Part shown: positions 11,496 through 24,479 of the stretch, piece after piece | Numbering within the stretch: the first letter of the stretch is position 1 | Layout: each line of letters opens with the position of its first letter | NCBI GenBank assembly: GCA_951406725.2 | Contig: OX597814.1 | Coordinates: 125,364,001-125,428,000, forward strand | Direction of reading: 5' to 3' | Origin: Octopus vulgaris | Taxonomy: Eukaryota | Length of the DNA stretch: 64,000 nt | Program-made: the position numbers and the translations under genes | Notes under the pieces: model-generated | What the model was told of the DNA's origin: nothing | Databases searched by the model: none | Seen by the model: the letters and a program-made list of their open reading frames with translations, nothing else

Positions 11496-11689
11496 ACTCT
11501 TTTCTTCAACTGTTTCTGGTGTACTTGTATTTCAAAGGGGCCAGCATTGTCACACTCAGTATCACGCTGAATCTCCCATCGAGAACTACGATAAGGGGTA
11601 CACGTGTCTGAGGAGTGCTCAGCCACTTGCACGTTAATTTCATGAGCAGGCTGTTCCGTTGATCTTCGCAACCGACGGAGTGTCATAAG

Positions 11690-12069
11690 ATTACTACTAC
11701 TACTACTACTACTACTACAATTACAACCACCACTGCAACAACTAAACCAATTATTATTACTGCAAGAAGAAGAAGAAGAAGGAAAGGAAGAAGAAGAAGA
11801 AGAAGAAGAAGAAGAAGAAGAAGAAGAAGAAGAAGGAAGAAGAAGAAGAAAAGGAAGAAGAAGAAGAAAAGGAAGAAGAAGAAGAAGAAAAGGAAGAAGA
11901 AGAAGAAAAGGAAGAAGAAAAGGAAGAAGAAGAAAAGGAAGAAGAAAAGGAAGAAGAAGAAAAGGAAGAAGAAGAAAAGGAAGAAGAAGAAAAGGAAGAA
12001 GAAGAAAAGGAAGAAGAAGAAAAGGAAGAAGAAGAAAAGGAAGAAGAAAAGGAAGAAGAAGAAGAAAAG

Positions 12070-12130
<61 letters not shown>

Positions 12131-12358
12131 AAGAAGAAGAAGAAGAAACAGCAGCGGCTCCGAAAAGAAGCAATACTGCTCCACCTAAATCCAAGTACAG
12201 TGAACAATACAAATACTGCAGCAAGAGCAACAACAACAACAACAACAACAGAAGCAGCAACAGCAGCAGCAGTAGCAGCAGCACGAGCAATAGCAGCAGC
12301 AAAAACAACACAGTCGAAGCAAGAGCAATAGCAGCAGCAGCAGCAGCAGCAGCGGCAA
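11690..12358. repeat. Compound (TAC)n/(GAA)n/(AAT)n/(CAA,CAG)n microsatellite with higher-order AAAAGG(AAG)n units
   Basis: Visible directly. Confidence 0.95.
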
Positions 12359-12517
12359 TATATGTAAAAGTGATTGTTTAACTGGAAGTCTTGATTGTAA
12401 TGATTCTCTTTAAGTTGCCAGTGGAAATTGAATTGTCAAAAGGCTTTTTAGCCACCTTCGTTAATTTGACAGGCAAGAAATATGGATAGCAAACAAACGT
12501 CCGTGTAGAAAGGAAAA

Positions 12518-13135
12518 CGACGACGGTGGTGGTGCTGGTGGTGGTGGTTTTGCTGGTGGTAGTGGTGGTGGAGGTGGTGGTGCTGGTGCTGGTGATGGAC
12601 GTTGTGCGGCAGCGATAGTCGTAGTGGCGATGGGTGGTGGTGGAAGGGTCGCAGTGGTGGTGGTGGTAATGGTGGTGGCAGTGACAGTGGTGGTGGTGGT
12701 GGTGGTGGTGGCAGTGGTGGTGGTGATGGTGGTGGTGGCGGCGGTGGCGGCGGTGGTGGTGGTGGTGGTGGTGGTGGAGTGGGCTGGTGATAGTGAGGAT
12801 GCTGGCGTGGCGATGGACGTTGTGCGGCAGCGGTAGTCGTAGTGGCGATGGGTGGTGGTGGTGGAAGGGTCGCAGTGGTGGTGGTAATGGTGGTGGCAGT
12901 GACAGTGGTGGTGGTGGTGGTGATGGTAGTGGTGGTGGTGGTAGTGGTGGTAGTGGTGGTGGTGGTAGTAATGTTAGTGGTGATAGTTTTAGCGGTAGTG
13001 GTAGTGATTGTGATGGTTTCGGCTGCAGTGGTGGTGCAGGTGGTGGTTTTCACGGTAGTGGTAGTGATCGTGGTGGTATTGGTGGTGATGGTTGTAGTGG
13101 TAGTAATGGTGTTTGTGGTTGTGGGGGTAGTGTAG
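12518..13135. repeat. (GGT)n-rich low-complexity block with internal tandem duplication
   Basis: GATGGACGTTGTGCGGCAGCG...CGCAGTGGTGG unit at ~12593 and ~12812. Confidence 0.9.
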
Positions 13136-13492
13136 AAATGATGTGATATGGCGTCCAGTGATCATATGTTAGTGCAGCAGTATTTCAGTGTACTTTCTAG
13201 AGAAACGATACAGTAGAACCGCGGTGGTGTTCCGGGGTGGTTTTGTAGTGGTGAGGTGGTAGTAGTACTTTCATCGAGTGATGCTCTGATAAGTTGAGTA
13301 ATTATGTTGTGGTGTTGGACGCCGTCGTCGTGATGGTCATGACTGTCGTCTACGCCATCGCTGTGGTGGTCGTGGACGGAGTGGTGTAAGAGTGATGGTA
13401 GGTTGTGCAAGAGGAAATTATCATAAGACTATAATTATTGATTATTTCTGGCATAGCTGTCTCTGACAGTGCAGTCAGATGATATACATCAA

Positions 13493-13512
13493 TGTGTGTG
13501 TGTATGTGTGTG

Positions 13513-13551
<39 letters not shown>

Positions 13552-13643
13552 GTGTGTATGCGTGAGCATGTGGTGTGTAACTGAGTACGTAGAACACGTG
13601 TTACGCATGCCTGTGTGAGTGCATGTGTGAATATATTACATAG

Positions 13644-13690
<47 letters not shown>

Positions 13691-13698
13691 CGTGTGTA

Positions 13699-13788
<90 letters not shown>

Positions 13789-13832
13789 GTATATATGTAT
13801 ATATGTATATATGCATATATTTGCATATCTAT

Positions 13833-13877
<45 letters not shown>

Positions 13878-13910
13878 TACATACATATTCGCATACATAT
13901 ATATATATCC
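13493..13910. repeat. (TG)n/(TA)n microsatellites
   Basis: Visible directly. Confidence 0.95.
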
Positions 13911-13964
13911 ATGTGTAGTTGTGTGAATTTGCATATACGTGTATATATCATACATAAACGGAAG

Positions 13965-14135
13965 GTGGAGGCGCGTGTCTTAGTGGTTAGGACGGTTATA
14001 CTCATGACCATAAGATTGTGGTTTCGATTCTTGGAACGGGCAGTGCGCTGTGTTCTTGAGCAAGACATTTCATCTCACGTTGCTCCCATCCACTCGGGGT
14101 AGCAAAAACTGAGTAAACCTTCGGCGGAACGGCCT
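13965..14135 (+). mobile_element. SINE family B, 5' part
   Basis: GGAGGCGCGTGTCTTAGTGGTTAGG...GGTTTCGATTC...TGTGTTCTTGAGCAAGACA. Confidence 0.85.
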
Positions 14136-14163
14136 ATGATTCAGGAAGGTCCTTCGACCCCTT

Positions 14164-14229
<66 letters not shown>

Positions 14230-14239
14230 TATATGTATA

Positions 14240-14458
14240 TGGATATGTTTGTATTCTGTGTTTCCCCCCAACATCGCTTGACAACTGATGCTGGTGTGTT
14301 TACGACCCCGTAACTTAACAGTTCGACAAAAAAGGCCGATAGAATAAGTACTAGGCTTACAAAGAATAAGTCCTGGGGTCGATTTGTTCGACTAAAAGGC
14401 GGTGTTCCAGCATGGTCGTAGTCAAATGACTGAAACACTAAAAGAATAAAAGAATAAA
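14240..14458 (+). mobile_element. SINE family A, 3' half
   Basis: CATCGCTTGACAAC...TGACTGAAAC and (TAAAAGAA)n tail. Confidence 0.9.
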
Positions 14459-14526
14459 TACATGTACATACATATGTATGTATATACACTCACCTTTTTC
14501 TCTCCCTCTTTCTCATATATATATGA

Positions 14527-14579
14527 GAACCGGAACCATGTGGTTGGTAAGCAAGCTACTTACCACACAGCCACTCCTG
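14527..14579 (-). mobile_element. SINE family A head fragment
   Basis: GGAACCATGTGGTTGGTAAGCAAGCTACTTACCACACAGCCACTCCTG. Confidence 0.85.
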
Positions 14580-15022
14580 AGAAACGGAGTATATCTTTAT
14601 CATCTGTGAATTTCGAACGTAGCTTCTGCTGTAACGCGTATAAAAGTGATGACCTCTACACCAAGCTTTGTTAAAATTTGCCGACTAGACTGAAGGTAGC
14701 TAAAATTACTCACACCAGCTGCTTGTCGACGAAGATCTCAATTCAATATTACCAATGTATGGTATGATATATTTCAAATATCTAATACAGAAGCGGAAAC
14801 AAGTCATTACGTTGTCTCCGGCAAGAAATATATATGTGTGTACGTGCGTGTGTGAGACAGAAAGAGAGAGAAATAAACTGAAGAATCAAGTTTTTTACCA
14901 ATGTTTACAATATTTTTGAGAACAGGGTAGGCTTTTTTGTCAGGAGACAAGATGACAGTCGCTGATAGATATTTCTGGCTCAATTGCCATAATTAACACG
15001 ACTTTTTCTCCAGTAACCAAGG

Positions 15023-15067
<45 letters not shown>

Positions 15068-15507
15068 TAAATTGATTAAATTGATATTACTGCTTTAAAG
15101 TTAGTTTAAGAATAAAAAAACGGGGCAGATTCTAATCGCTTGATTTTTGTGAATACTGAAAGTATATTGAAATTAACTATAAAGTTCTATTCAACAAAAC
15201 CATTATGTGCGTGTTTGTACACACAAACGCGCGCGCACACACACATACACACACACACACATATAACGGAGTAATTATAATCCAAGCTTTCATCTCCTCA
15301 GCACTGCATGTAGGAACCTGATTAGCATAGCAATAATTCTATATCAGATTATTGCATATATTGCATACATTGTATGCATTTCATAACTTAATATGTGGTA
15401 TGGAAAAAAAAACTGGTCGTTTACTGAAACGATCGTAACATGAACTTGAATTTCTCTTTTCCTCATCTAAATTATATATATATATATATATATTAGCTTT
15501 AAAAAAT

Positions 15508-15950
<443 letters not shown>

Positions 15951-16646
15951 AATATAATACGTGTATGTATACATATGCGTGTAGTTGGGTGTGTATGCGT
16001 ATGAATCTGTTTATCTATATACTTTTATCTTTCCTCGAAATCAACCCAAGCATGGACCATTGATTAATGCTACTAAAACTCTGTATCTAGGTGTATATTT
16101 AAGACACCAAATAAAAGATAGCAATAAAGTAATTAATAAAAAGAGATTTAAATGAAATACATTGAGATGGTAATAAAAGAACTGCTTAAAGAACTGTCGG
16201 TAATAAAATACAGTAAATGAGATTACAATAAAAGGATTAATAAAATGAAATAAATTGAGACGGTAATAAAGAACCGATAGAAATATTAAAATGAAGGAAA
16301 CTGCCACCGTTTGGCCAGATATTTATTTATCATGAATCTAAAGAAACTAATGTTATACTCCGCAGTAAAACTATGGGGTGTGAGTTTATTTCACAATTTA
16401 GCTGTTCTGGGCAAAATGTTTCAAGTATGGGACTTCTAATATCTCCGCGAGATATACAGAAAACAATGATTCGTGATTCGTTAAGTTTTCAAAAAGCTGA
16501 GCTTTGAAAGCAAATTCACGGGCTGTCGAAACGAGGGAATGAAATTCGTCTGAACAGCTTCCTTAGAAATAACACCAGAAAAGAGCTGTCGACTTTCATC
16601 GATGATACGGCGGATTTTGTGACGATGCGTTCGATCCTGTACAGCG

Positions 16647-16864
16647 TTATTTCTTTACTACCCACAAGGAGCTAAACACAGAGAGGACAAACAAGGACAG
16701 ACAATTACATCGACCCCAGTGTGTAACTGGTACTTATTTAATCGACCCCGAAAGGATGAAAGGCAAAGTCGACCTCGGCGGAATTTGAACTCAGAACGTA
16801 GCGGCTGACGAAATACCGCAAAGCATTTCGCCTGACGTGCTAACGTTTCTGCCAGTTCGCCGCC
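16647..16864 (-). mobile_element. MetaSINE-like tRNA-derived SINE
   Basis: Minus strand GGCGGCGAACTGGCAGAAACGTTAGC head and GCCTTTCATCCTTTCGGGGTCGAT Meta-domain-like core. Confidence 0.9.
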
Positions 16865-16904
16865 TTTCTCATAGTGATACTAGAGAGCTTTAAGTATTAA
16901 TTTT

Positions 16905-17203
16905 ATTCTATATCTTTTAACTTTTACTTGCTTCAGTCGTCAGACTGCGGCCATGCTGGGGCACCACCTTGAAGAAATTTTGAATCGAATGAATCGAGTC
17001 CAGTACTTACATTTCTTTTAAGGCCTGGTAATTGTTTTATCAGACCTTTTCGGCGAACCGCTGGATAACTGGGACATAAACACACCAATACCGGTTGATA
17101 GACAGGCACGCACACATACGTATTGATACAAACACACATACACACAAACACACACACAAACATATACATGCACATACATATGTATATATACATATATATA
17201 TAT

Positions 17204-17287
<84 letters not shown>

Positions 17288-17352
17288 GGGTTATAGATGT
17301 AACCCACTATGGAATATCAATTATCCAATACATATATGTATATATATGTATG

Positions 17353-17383
<31 letters not shown>

Positions 17384-17558
17384 ACACAATCGACGGGGCT
17401 TCTTTTAGTTTCCGTCTACCAGATCTACTCACAAGGCATTGGTCGGCCCGAGGAGATAGTAGAAGTCACTTACCCAAGGCGCTACGCAGCGGGACTGAAC
17501 TCGGAATCGAATCACGTGGCTGGGAAGTAAACTCCTTACCACACAGCCTCGCCCGTGC
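16905..17558 (-). mobile_element. SINE family A with expanded internal (GATA)n/(TA)n
   Basis: Tail at 16905-17100, head at 17390-17558. Confidence 0.85.
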
Positions 17559-17636
17559 TTTCTAGGAATAGACTCAACCCTAGAAGCTCCTTCTCGGGTC
17601 GAGTCTATTCAGAAAAGGCGACTCCTTCAGAGCAGA

Positions 17637-17867
17637 TTTTTTTTATTGCCCACAAGGGGCTAAACACAGAGGGGACAAACAAGGACAGACAAACGGATTA
17701 AGTCGATTATATCCACCCCAGTGCGTAACTGTTACTTAATTTATCGACCCCGAAAGGATGAAAGGCAAAGTCGACCTAGGCAGAATTTGAACTCAGAACT
17801 CAGCGGCGGACGAAATAACACAAAGCATTTCGCCCGGCTTGCTAACGTTTCTGCCATCTCGCCGTTT
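17637..17867 (-). mobile_element. MetaSINE-like SINE with 14-bp TSD
   Basis: TCCTTCAGAGCAGA at 17623-17636 and 17868-17881; Meta-domain-like core. Confidence 0.93.
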
Positions 17868-19043
17868 TCCTTCAGAGCAGACTTACCTATCAAAATATGG
17901 GAAGTCAGGAATTTCGCCTTAATGATCGGAAGATATTAGGTCTTGTACTGTTCATTTAGTGCATCAAAACTTTTGTTTCTCCATTAAACGATGCATTAGA
18001 TTATTGAAATGATATGCTCTTTGGTGCAAGTATGAGGGTCTTTCAGGTGAGACCGCAGAGTTTACCATTCATAAATATGTCAATAGAAGGTCTTACTATT
18101 TTCTCAGTTAAATCAACGACAAACCGCAGAAAAAGCGATTATGCCTGTGTATGTATCTATGTTTATCTGTATGTGCTTATGTTATGTATAGTATGTATAT
18201 AAAAATTACAAGATATATATCATTCCCTTAAATTCAAATTTGCCTCAGTAACAACACTTTTAATTAATTAGTCAAACAATGTTGACTTCTAAGACAACGT
18301 TCTCCCGCCGTAATAGAAATGAACGACAGTTTGCAATGATACGAGAAAATCTAACCGAGAAATTGTGAGACACCGTTATAACAAGATGGTGGTTGAACGT
18401 GAGAATATGTGGATGAGCAAACTGCTATCCCTAACAGCATAAGAGAACACGTGATCGATACATTACTGAAAATGACAAGAATCAAACATTTTCCTCTTAT
18501 AATCAGCACAAATAAGACAAGGCCTGTAGAATAACCAGAGCTCTAATTGATTGCACTTACAGCTGCGATGATTATTTTCACAAGAAAGAAAATAAATTAG
18601 AATTGTTCTTATTTACCTGAACGTAGATTTAAAATTGCGTTTTCTCTTTTTCTCTCTATCACCCTTCTCTATCTCTCTCTCCCTCACTCTCTCTCTCTCT
18701 CCCTCCCTCTCTCCCTCTCTCTCTCCACACACACACATATATTTGTATGTCTGTATTTATGCATGTATCTTTTCACAACTGATGATCTGTAACTAAAAAA
18801 AAAGCTAGTAAAACATATTAAATATATTTTCCTAACGTTTCCGTTTGCTACAATATTTTCTTTTCTTCTCTCTCACTCCTTCCATCATGAATTAATATAC
18901 TGTACTCAATAAATCCTTAATTTCTTCCTCCTGACGAGATCCAAGCAAATCGAAATAGCAGCAAATACGAATATCAAGAACTTGAAATGAAAAAGAAAAG
19001 ATAACTGAATTAAATGCACAAATATTATACAATTTTCTCCATA

Positions 19044-19220
<177 letters not shown>

Positions 19221-19221
19221 C

Positions 19222-21692
19222 TTCTGCGTTACATCCAAGACAGAATATTGATGGTGAAGCTCTTGCAACAGTGATTCAGAAACTACAGGATGGAAAAGCT
19301 CATGGAAGAAACTTGATTGTTGGATATTGGTACAAGAAGTTAACATTCTACTGACAATATCTTATCAATCTGTACCAGCAAGTTTTCATTGGGAACAGTA
19401 GCATACCACAATGATTAGCTCTGGCAGAGACAAAATTGATACCTAAATGCAGAACTACCCATATGGCAAAAAACCACCGGCCAATTGCATGCCGGAACTT
19501 AATGTATAAGATACATACAGCATGTTTAAACCTCTTCCTCCAAGACCATTGTGAAACCTATAACATTATCACAGCAGAACAAGCAGGTGGGAAGAAGGGA
19601 GTCTGGGGATGTGCCGACCAACTGTTAATCAACAAAATTGTGATTACAAGAACGCCTTTGACTCTGTTCCCCACTCATGGATGCAAGAAGCTCTTCAACT
19701 TGCTAAAGTTCCAGTGAGCATGGTCAAAGCCATAGCTGACCTGACTTCATCATGGGCCACCATCTTGAAATTGAACACAAAGAGTGACTGTGTTATCGCT
19801 GATAAAATACAATATCGCATGGGCATACTCCAAGAGGACAATCTCTGTGCAGTTGTTTATACTTTCTGTAAAGCGCTCGTCATACATGTTAAGGAAGTCT
19901 GAAGGATATCTCACTGGTTCACAAGGAAACAGAAATACCAAAATTCCACACGGATCCTTTGTGGATGACTTAAAACTTTATGCAAAGAATAGGCATGAGA
20001 TGAAAAAGAGCCTTAACCTAATTACAACATTCTCAAAGGATGTAGAGTTGGAGTTTGGTTAGGATAAATGTTGTTATATGGTAGTGAAAAGAGGGGAAAC
20101 TATTAACCAGACTAAAAACATCTCCAGCAATAATTTGACTGTTTCCCCTGAATCTGACGAGGAATGTTACAGGTATCTAGGGGTGGATGAAAATATATCT
20201 TATAATGGCACCTGTAACAAAATGCGTATCATTTAAGAATAGTACAGCCAAATAAAGAAAATTTGGACCTCAGAACTCTCTGCATTCAATAAAACAGTGG
20301 CCCACAATGCGTTTGCAGTGCCAGTACTTATACCAACATTTCGGCTGTTTGATTGGGTGCTTGATGAGATCCGAGCCATTGATGTGAAAACCCGAAAAAC
20401 ACGCACACATAATTTCCACATAAACAGTGACCTTTGAATATCGCATCATATCCCTTCGGCAACAACTTTTAATCACCAAGCATCGAAGTGCATCCCTTGA
20501 CCAAGTTTGCATACATGAGGCTGATAACATCATAAGACTTGGAAGGCATCTCCTTGAGCAACACTCAGTGTCTGATAACCTGGAATACATGCCAAAGAAG
20601 TCGCAAGACTCTTCCACAGCGAATCATCAGATGAAAGGAAGAACCACTACGAGCTGAAGACTATGCATGGATATATTAGTAGAAACCACCGAGGTGATAG
20701 TAACATTGATCATCAAAGTTACCAATAGCTGGATTACTACCTCCCACATTGAAGGAAATGTGGGAGGTAGTAATCCAGCTATTGGTAACTTTGATGATCA
20801 ATGTTACTATCACCTCGGTGGTTTCTACTAATATATCCATGCATAGTCTTCAGCTCGTAGTGGCTCTTCCTTTCATCTGATGATACGCTGTGGAAGAGTC
20901 GTGCGACTTCTTTGGCATGTATTCCAGGTTATCAGACACTGAGTGTTGCTCAAGGAGATGCCTTCCAAGTCTTATGATGTTATCAGCCTCATGTATGCAA
21001 ACGGTAATAATGAGTTTGCAATCCAGGAACAGGAAATATCAACCAAGTAACTGATGCACAAAAGGGTTAGAGATGCAGAAAAAGAAGTAAATTGTTACAA
21101 TCAATGCAGCCTTTGTGAAGTTCACACTGAAGATATCCCCCCGCATCATAAGCAGTTGTCCGAAAATGCCATCGTGGTAATATCTACCGATGAGACATAA
21201 CATCGTAGCAAGGACACTCTATAATGAAAGCCGTCGGAAGGATAATCCTGAGGTCAAAGAAATAAAAAACCTATAATATGGTAGAATCCATAGCCACTCA
21301 TAATGAAAAGGAATACTGGTGGAATGTACCAGTAAAGACATCAATAAAATGTGAGCACAACACACCTGATATAATGATTTGGGATAAAGAAGAGAAACTG
21401 TGCACAGTTGTGGAAATTAGCTGCCCAGCGGATGTGAATATAAAGCTGAAGAACAGTGAAAAAGAGAACACCTATGCTGAACTATTGAGAAAACTGCAGT
21501 TACTGTATCCAGATTACAAGTTCAGGTCTGTACCTGTAATTATTAGGGCCCTGGGATATGTAACACACTGCCTAAATACCAATCTTGAGAAATTTGGCTC
21601 CCCAAAACCAGAAAGGAGAAAGCTAATTCGAAGAGTACAGATTTAATTCATCACTGGAACTATAAAAATCTGTAAAACTTTCCAGAAGTTTA
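19222..21692 (+). mobile_element. R4/Dong-clade non-LTR retrotransposon (RT + zinc knuckle + RLE), 5'-truncated and degenerate
   Basis: NHRPIAC, EQAGGKKGVWGCADQLLINK, DYKNAFDSVPHSW, GILQED, FVDDLKLY, YRYLGV, FAIQEQEI, HNTPDIMIWDK..VVEISCPAD..K..Y motifs. Confidence 0.92.
20505..21002. repeat. Fold-back inverted duplication (246-bp arms, 6-nt loop)
   Basis: 20505-20750 is the reverse complement of 20757-21002 with about 3 mismatches. Confidence 0.97.
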
Positions 21693-21694
21693 TA

Positions 21695-21859
21695 GGCGCA
21701 GGAGTGGCTGTGTGGTAAGTAGCTTGTTTACCAACCACATGGTTCCGGGTTCAGTCTCACTGCGTGGCACCTTGGGCAAGTGTCTTCTACTATAGCCTCG
21801 GGCCGACCAAAGCCTTGTGAGTGGATTTGGTAGACGGAAACTGAAAGAAGCCCGTCGTA

Positions 21860-21905
<46 letters not shown>

Positions 21906-22125
21906 TGTGTGTATTTGTGTGTCTGTGTTTGACCCCCTAACATTGCTTGACAACCGATGCTGGTGTGTTCATGTCCCCGTTACTTAGCGGTTCGGCAAAA
22001 GAGACCGATAGAATAAGTACTGGGCTTACAAAAGAACAAGTCCCGGGGTCGAGTTGCTCGATTAAAGGCGGTGCTCCAGCATGGCTGCAGTCAAATGACT
22101 GAAACAAGTAAAATAGTAAAAAGAG
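21695..22125 (+). mobile_element. SINE family A inserted at the 3' end of the R4 LINE ORF
   Basis: Full length, GGCGCAGGAGTGGCTGTGTGG to GAAACAAGTAAAA. Confidence 0.96.
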
Positions 22126-22232
22126 AGAGTTATCATTTACATATATATGAGCATGTAACTGTATGCATGAGAATACATACATAAAACATACAAATCTGCA
22201 TGCATACATACATACATACATACATACATACA

Positions 22233-22263
<31 letters not shown>

Positions 22264-22969
22264 CGTTGCTATTATGCAAAAGTATCGTAAGTACACAACT
22301 GCTTTTTCAGAAAACGAAAAAATTGTTTCAATATTCCATAGCAAAACGGTTGTACTACACTTCGACAATTTTTGATATTTTGGCATCTGAAGCAGCTGGG
22401 GATACGATAGAAAGAAATAACGCAATACGTGAATTAGAGAAATATTTTATTTTAAAAACTAGGTAATGACTTCGAAGCTTTGCCCATGCAAGCTCGTCAA
22501 ACTGATGCAGAAGAACTAAGAATAACAGTATAGATAGCAGTATGAATATATTCATCAAAATACAAAAATAAGCGAATTATAAATAATACGTGAGATAGAT
22601 GGATCCAGAAAGAAAACAAGCAAATAGAAATTACTGATGAATGAACGATATCTGTATATGCTTAAAGAGCGCTCAAGGGGAAAATCCATGAAGGAATCCC
22701 ATTCAAATCAATAATAATGCATAAATGTATGTAGGTGTATGTAGGTATAATGATTGGGTTACCTTGAGTTTTGAGAAAATACGTATAGTTAAACCTCAGG
22801 AATTTGAAATGTTAAACAAAATAACATTTTGGAGTGAAGTGTATGATAATGTGATGCAAAACTGAGGAGGTACGTAGTTGATGCTAACTAGAATTAGCTC
22901 GAAATCAATAGCAAAAATTGTTTTAACCGTACTATGAAAAAATGTAAGTGTATATATATCTATGTATTC

Positions 22970-22970
22970 A

Positions 22971-23060
<90 letters not shown>

Positions 23061-23065
23061 CCTAC

Positions 23066-23113
<48 letters not shown>

Positions 23114-23223
23114 TTATCTATCTGTCTGTCTATCAATCTATTTATCTATCTATTTATCTGTCTATCTATCTATTTGTCTGTCTGTCTATTTGTGTGTGTA
23201 TGTGTGTATGTGTGAGTGTGTGT

Positions 23224-23294
<71 letters not shown>

Positions 23295-23310
23295 TGTGTG
23301 TGTGTGTGTG
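22970..23310. repeat. (TATC)n + (TG)n microsatellite
   Basis: Visible directly. Confidence 0.97.
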
Positions 23311-23645
23311 TTGAAAGCCACCGAACTGGCAGCACTGCATAATACCAATGATACCGTCTTCTTCATCTCAGATAAGGACTCGGTATTGTAACAGCTTGGG
23401 TTTCAACTGTTTAACATCCTGCCATGGAACCTAAGAGATCTGCAAACTGTAGATATGGAAACGTTTAAAAAAGCTCCTGGTCTTGATAAATTTCTATCTG
23501 AAATCCCAGATGAGCCCACAGGAGGCATAAAGAAGGGTAGCTTCGTCCAACTTGTTTCTTCGCCAAAAACAATACTGAAAGAAGATTCCAAAACATTGAA
23601 AGACGGTGCTTCAGTATGGCCCCAGCTTCTGGCTGACACCAATCA
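23311..23645 (+). mobile_element. CR1-group LINE 3' end, degraded
   Basis: QLFNILPWNLRDL, LDKFLSEIPDEP and tail GACGGTGCTTCAGTATGGCCCCAGCT. Confidence 0.85.
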
Positions 23646-23685
23646 AAATACACACACACATAATTTACATATATATATATATATG

Positions 23686-23743
<58 letters not shown>

Positions 23744-23815
23744 ATAATATAAATGATATATGAACGTATACATATATACATACATATATGTACATAACTA
23801 TATATACATGCATAT

Positions 23816-23992
23816 ATGGGTACAGGATATCAAAAATACGTAGAACACAATCAGAAACGAAAGCAAAAACAAAAGCATAGAAACGAACTGTTTTTTGAAA
23901 CAACGAAAAAAAACCAGAGAAACGAGACATGCAACATAAAGTATGTTACCCTTTTATCAGTTGTCCCTGTTTCATCTACTCCGCGTTTCGAA

Positions 23993-23995
<3 letters not shown>
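23816..23995 (-). mobile_element. Probable Penelope pLTR-like fragment in (TA)n
   Basis: Flanked by TA arrays; minus strand starts with CGAAACGCG (3' half of a hammerhead-like motif) followed by T-rich sequence. Confidence 0.45.
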
Positions 23996-24037
<42 letters not shown>

Positions 24038-24045
<8 letters not shown>

Positions 24046-24234
24046 ATATTTCGGAATGGTCATTTTGCCAGTTTAGTCAATAAAAACACACGCACTATAT
24101 ATTTGGTGTTACTTTGCTTCAGTGTTATTTATTTTTTACATTAATAACACTGAAGCAAAGTAACACCAAATATATAGTGCGTGTGTTTTTATTGGCTAAA
24201 CTGGCAAAATGACCATTCCGAAATATAACAATAT
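24038..24234. repeat. Near-perfect hairpin (92-bp arms, 13-nt loop) in (TA)n
   Basis: 24038-24129 is the reverse complement of 24143-24234 with 1 mismatch. Confidence 0.96.
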
Positions 24235-24282
24235 CTGTTTCAACACACGACTTCACATAAAAAATCTTGCACAACAAATATT

Positions 24283-24330
<48 letters not shown>

Positions 24331-24479
24331 TAAGAACATAAACCTGAAATAAGGTGGAAAAAATACTACTCGAATACCGGAGGTAGAGTAATATGCTTTA
24401 TTAATAAAACTGCAAAGGCATCACGAATAAAGACATCTTTGCAGCTTTATTAATAAAGTATATATATTGACCGCTAACT

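Larger units (their letters stand above)
11168..11686 (+). mobile_element. tRNA-derived SINE family D, interrupted at 11248-11381
   Basis: tRNA-like head with A/B boxes (TGGTCCAGTGATCAGG; GGTTTCGATTCCC); body resumes at GTTGTGAG (11382); internal (CT)n; continuity inferred from recollection of this family. Confidence 0.8.

Noticed and set aside
12448-13146. Pro/Thr/His-rich and Gly-rich ORFs resembling extensin or glycine-rich proteins
   Set aside because: They arise from (GGT)n low complexity open in most frames; no convincing splice or codon evidence
15283-15307. Minus-strand CTGAGGA-GAT-GAAA hammerhead-like string (similar one near 42565)
   Set aside because: No room for stem II and no stem I; consistent with chance
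17565-17610. Small hairpin GAATAGACTC..GAGTCTATTC
   Set aside because: Too short to classify; probably a MITE relic, with no support for a miRNA
18876-18981. Possible minus-strand exon after a polypyrimidine tract
   Set aside because: No recognisable peptide; such signals are common in AT-rich DNA
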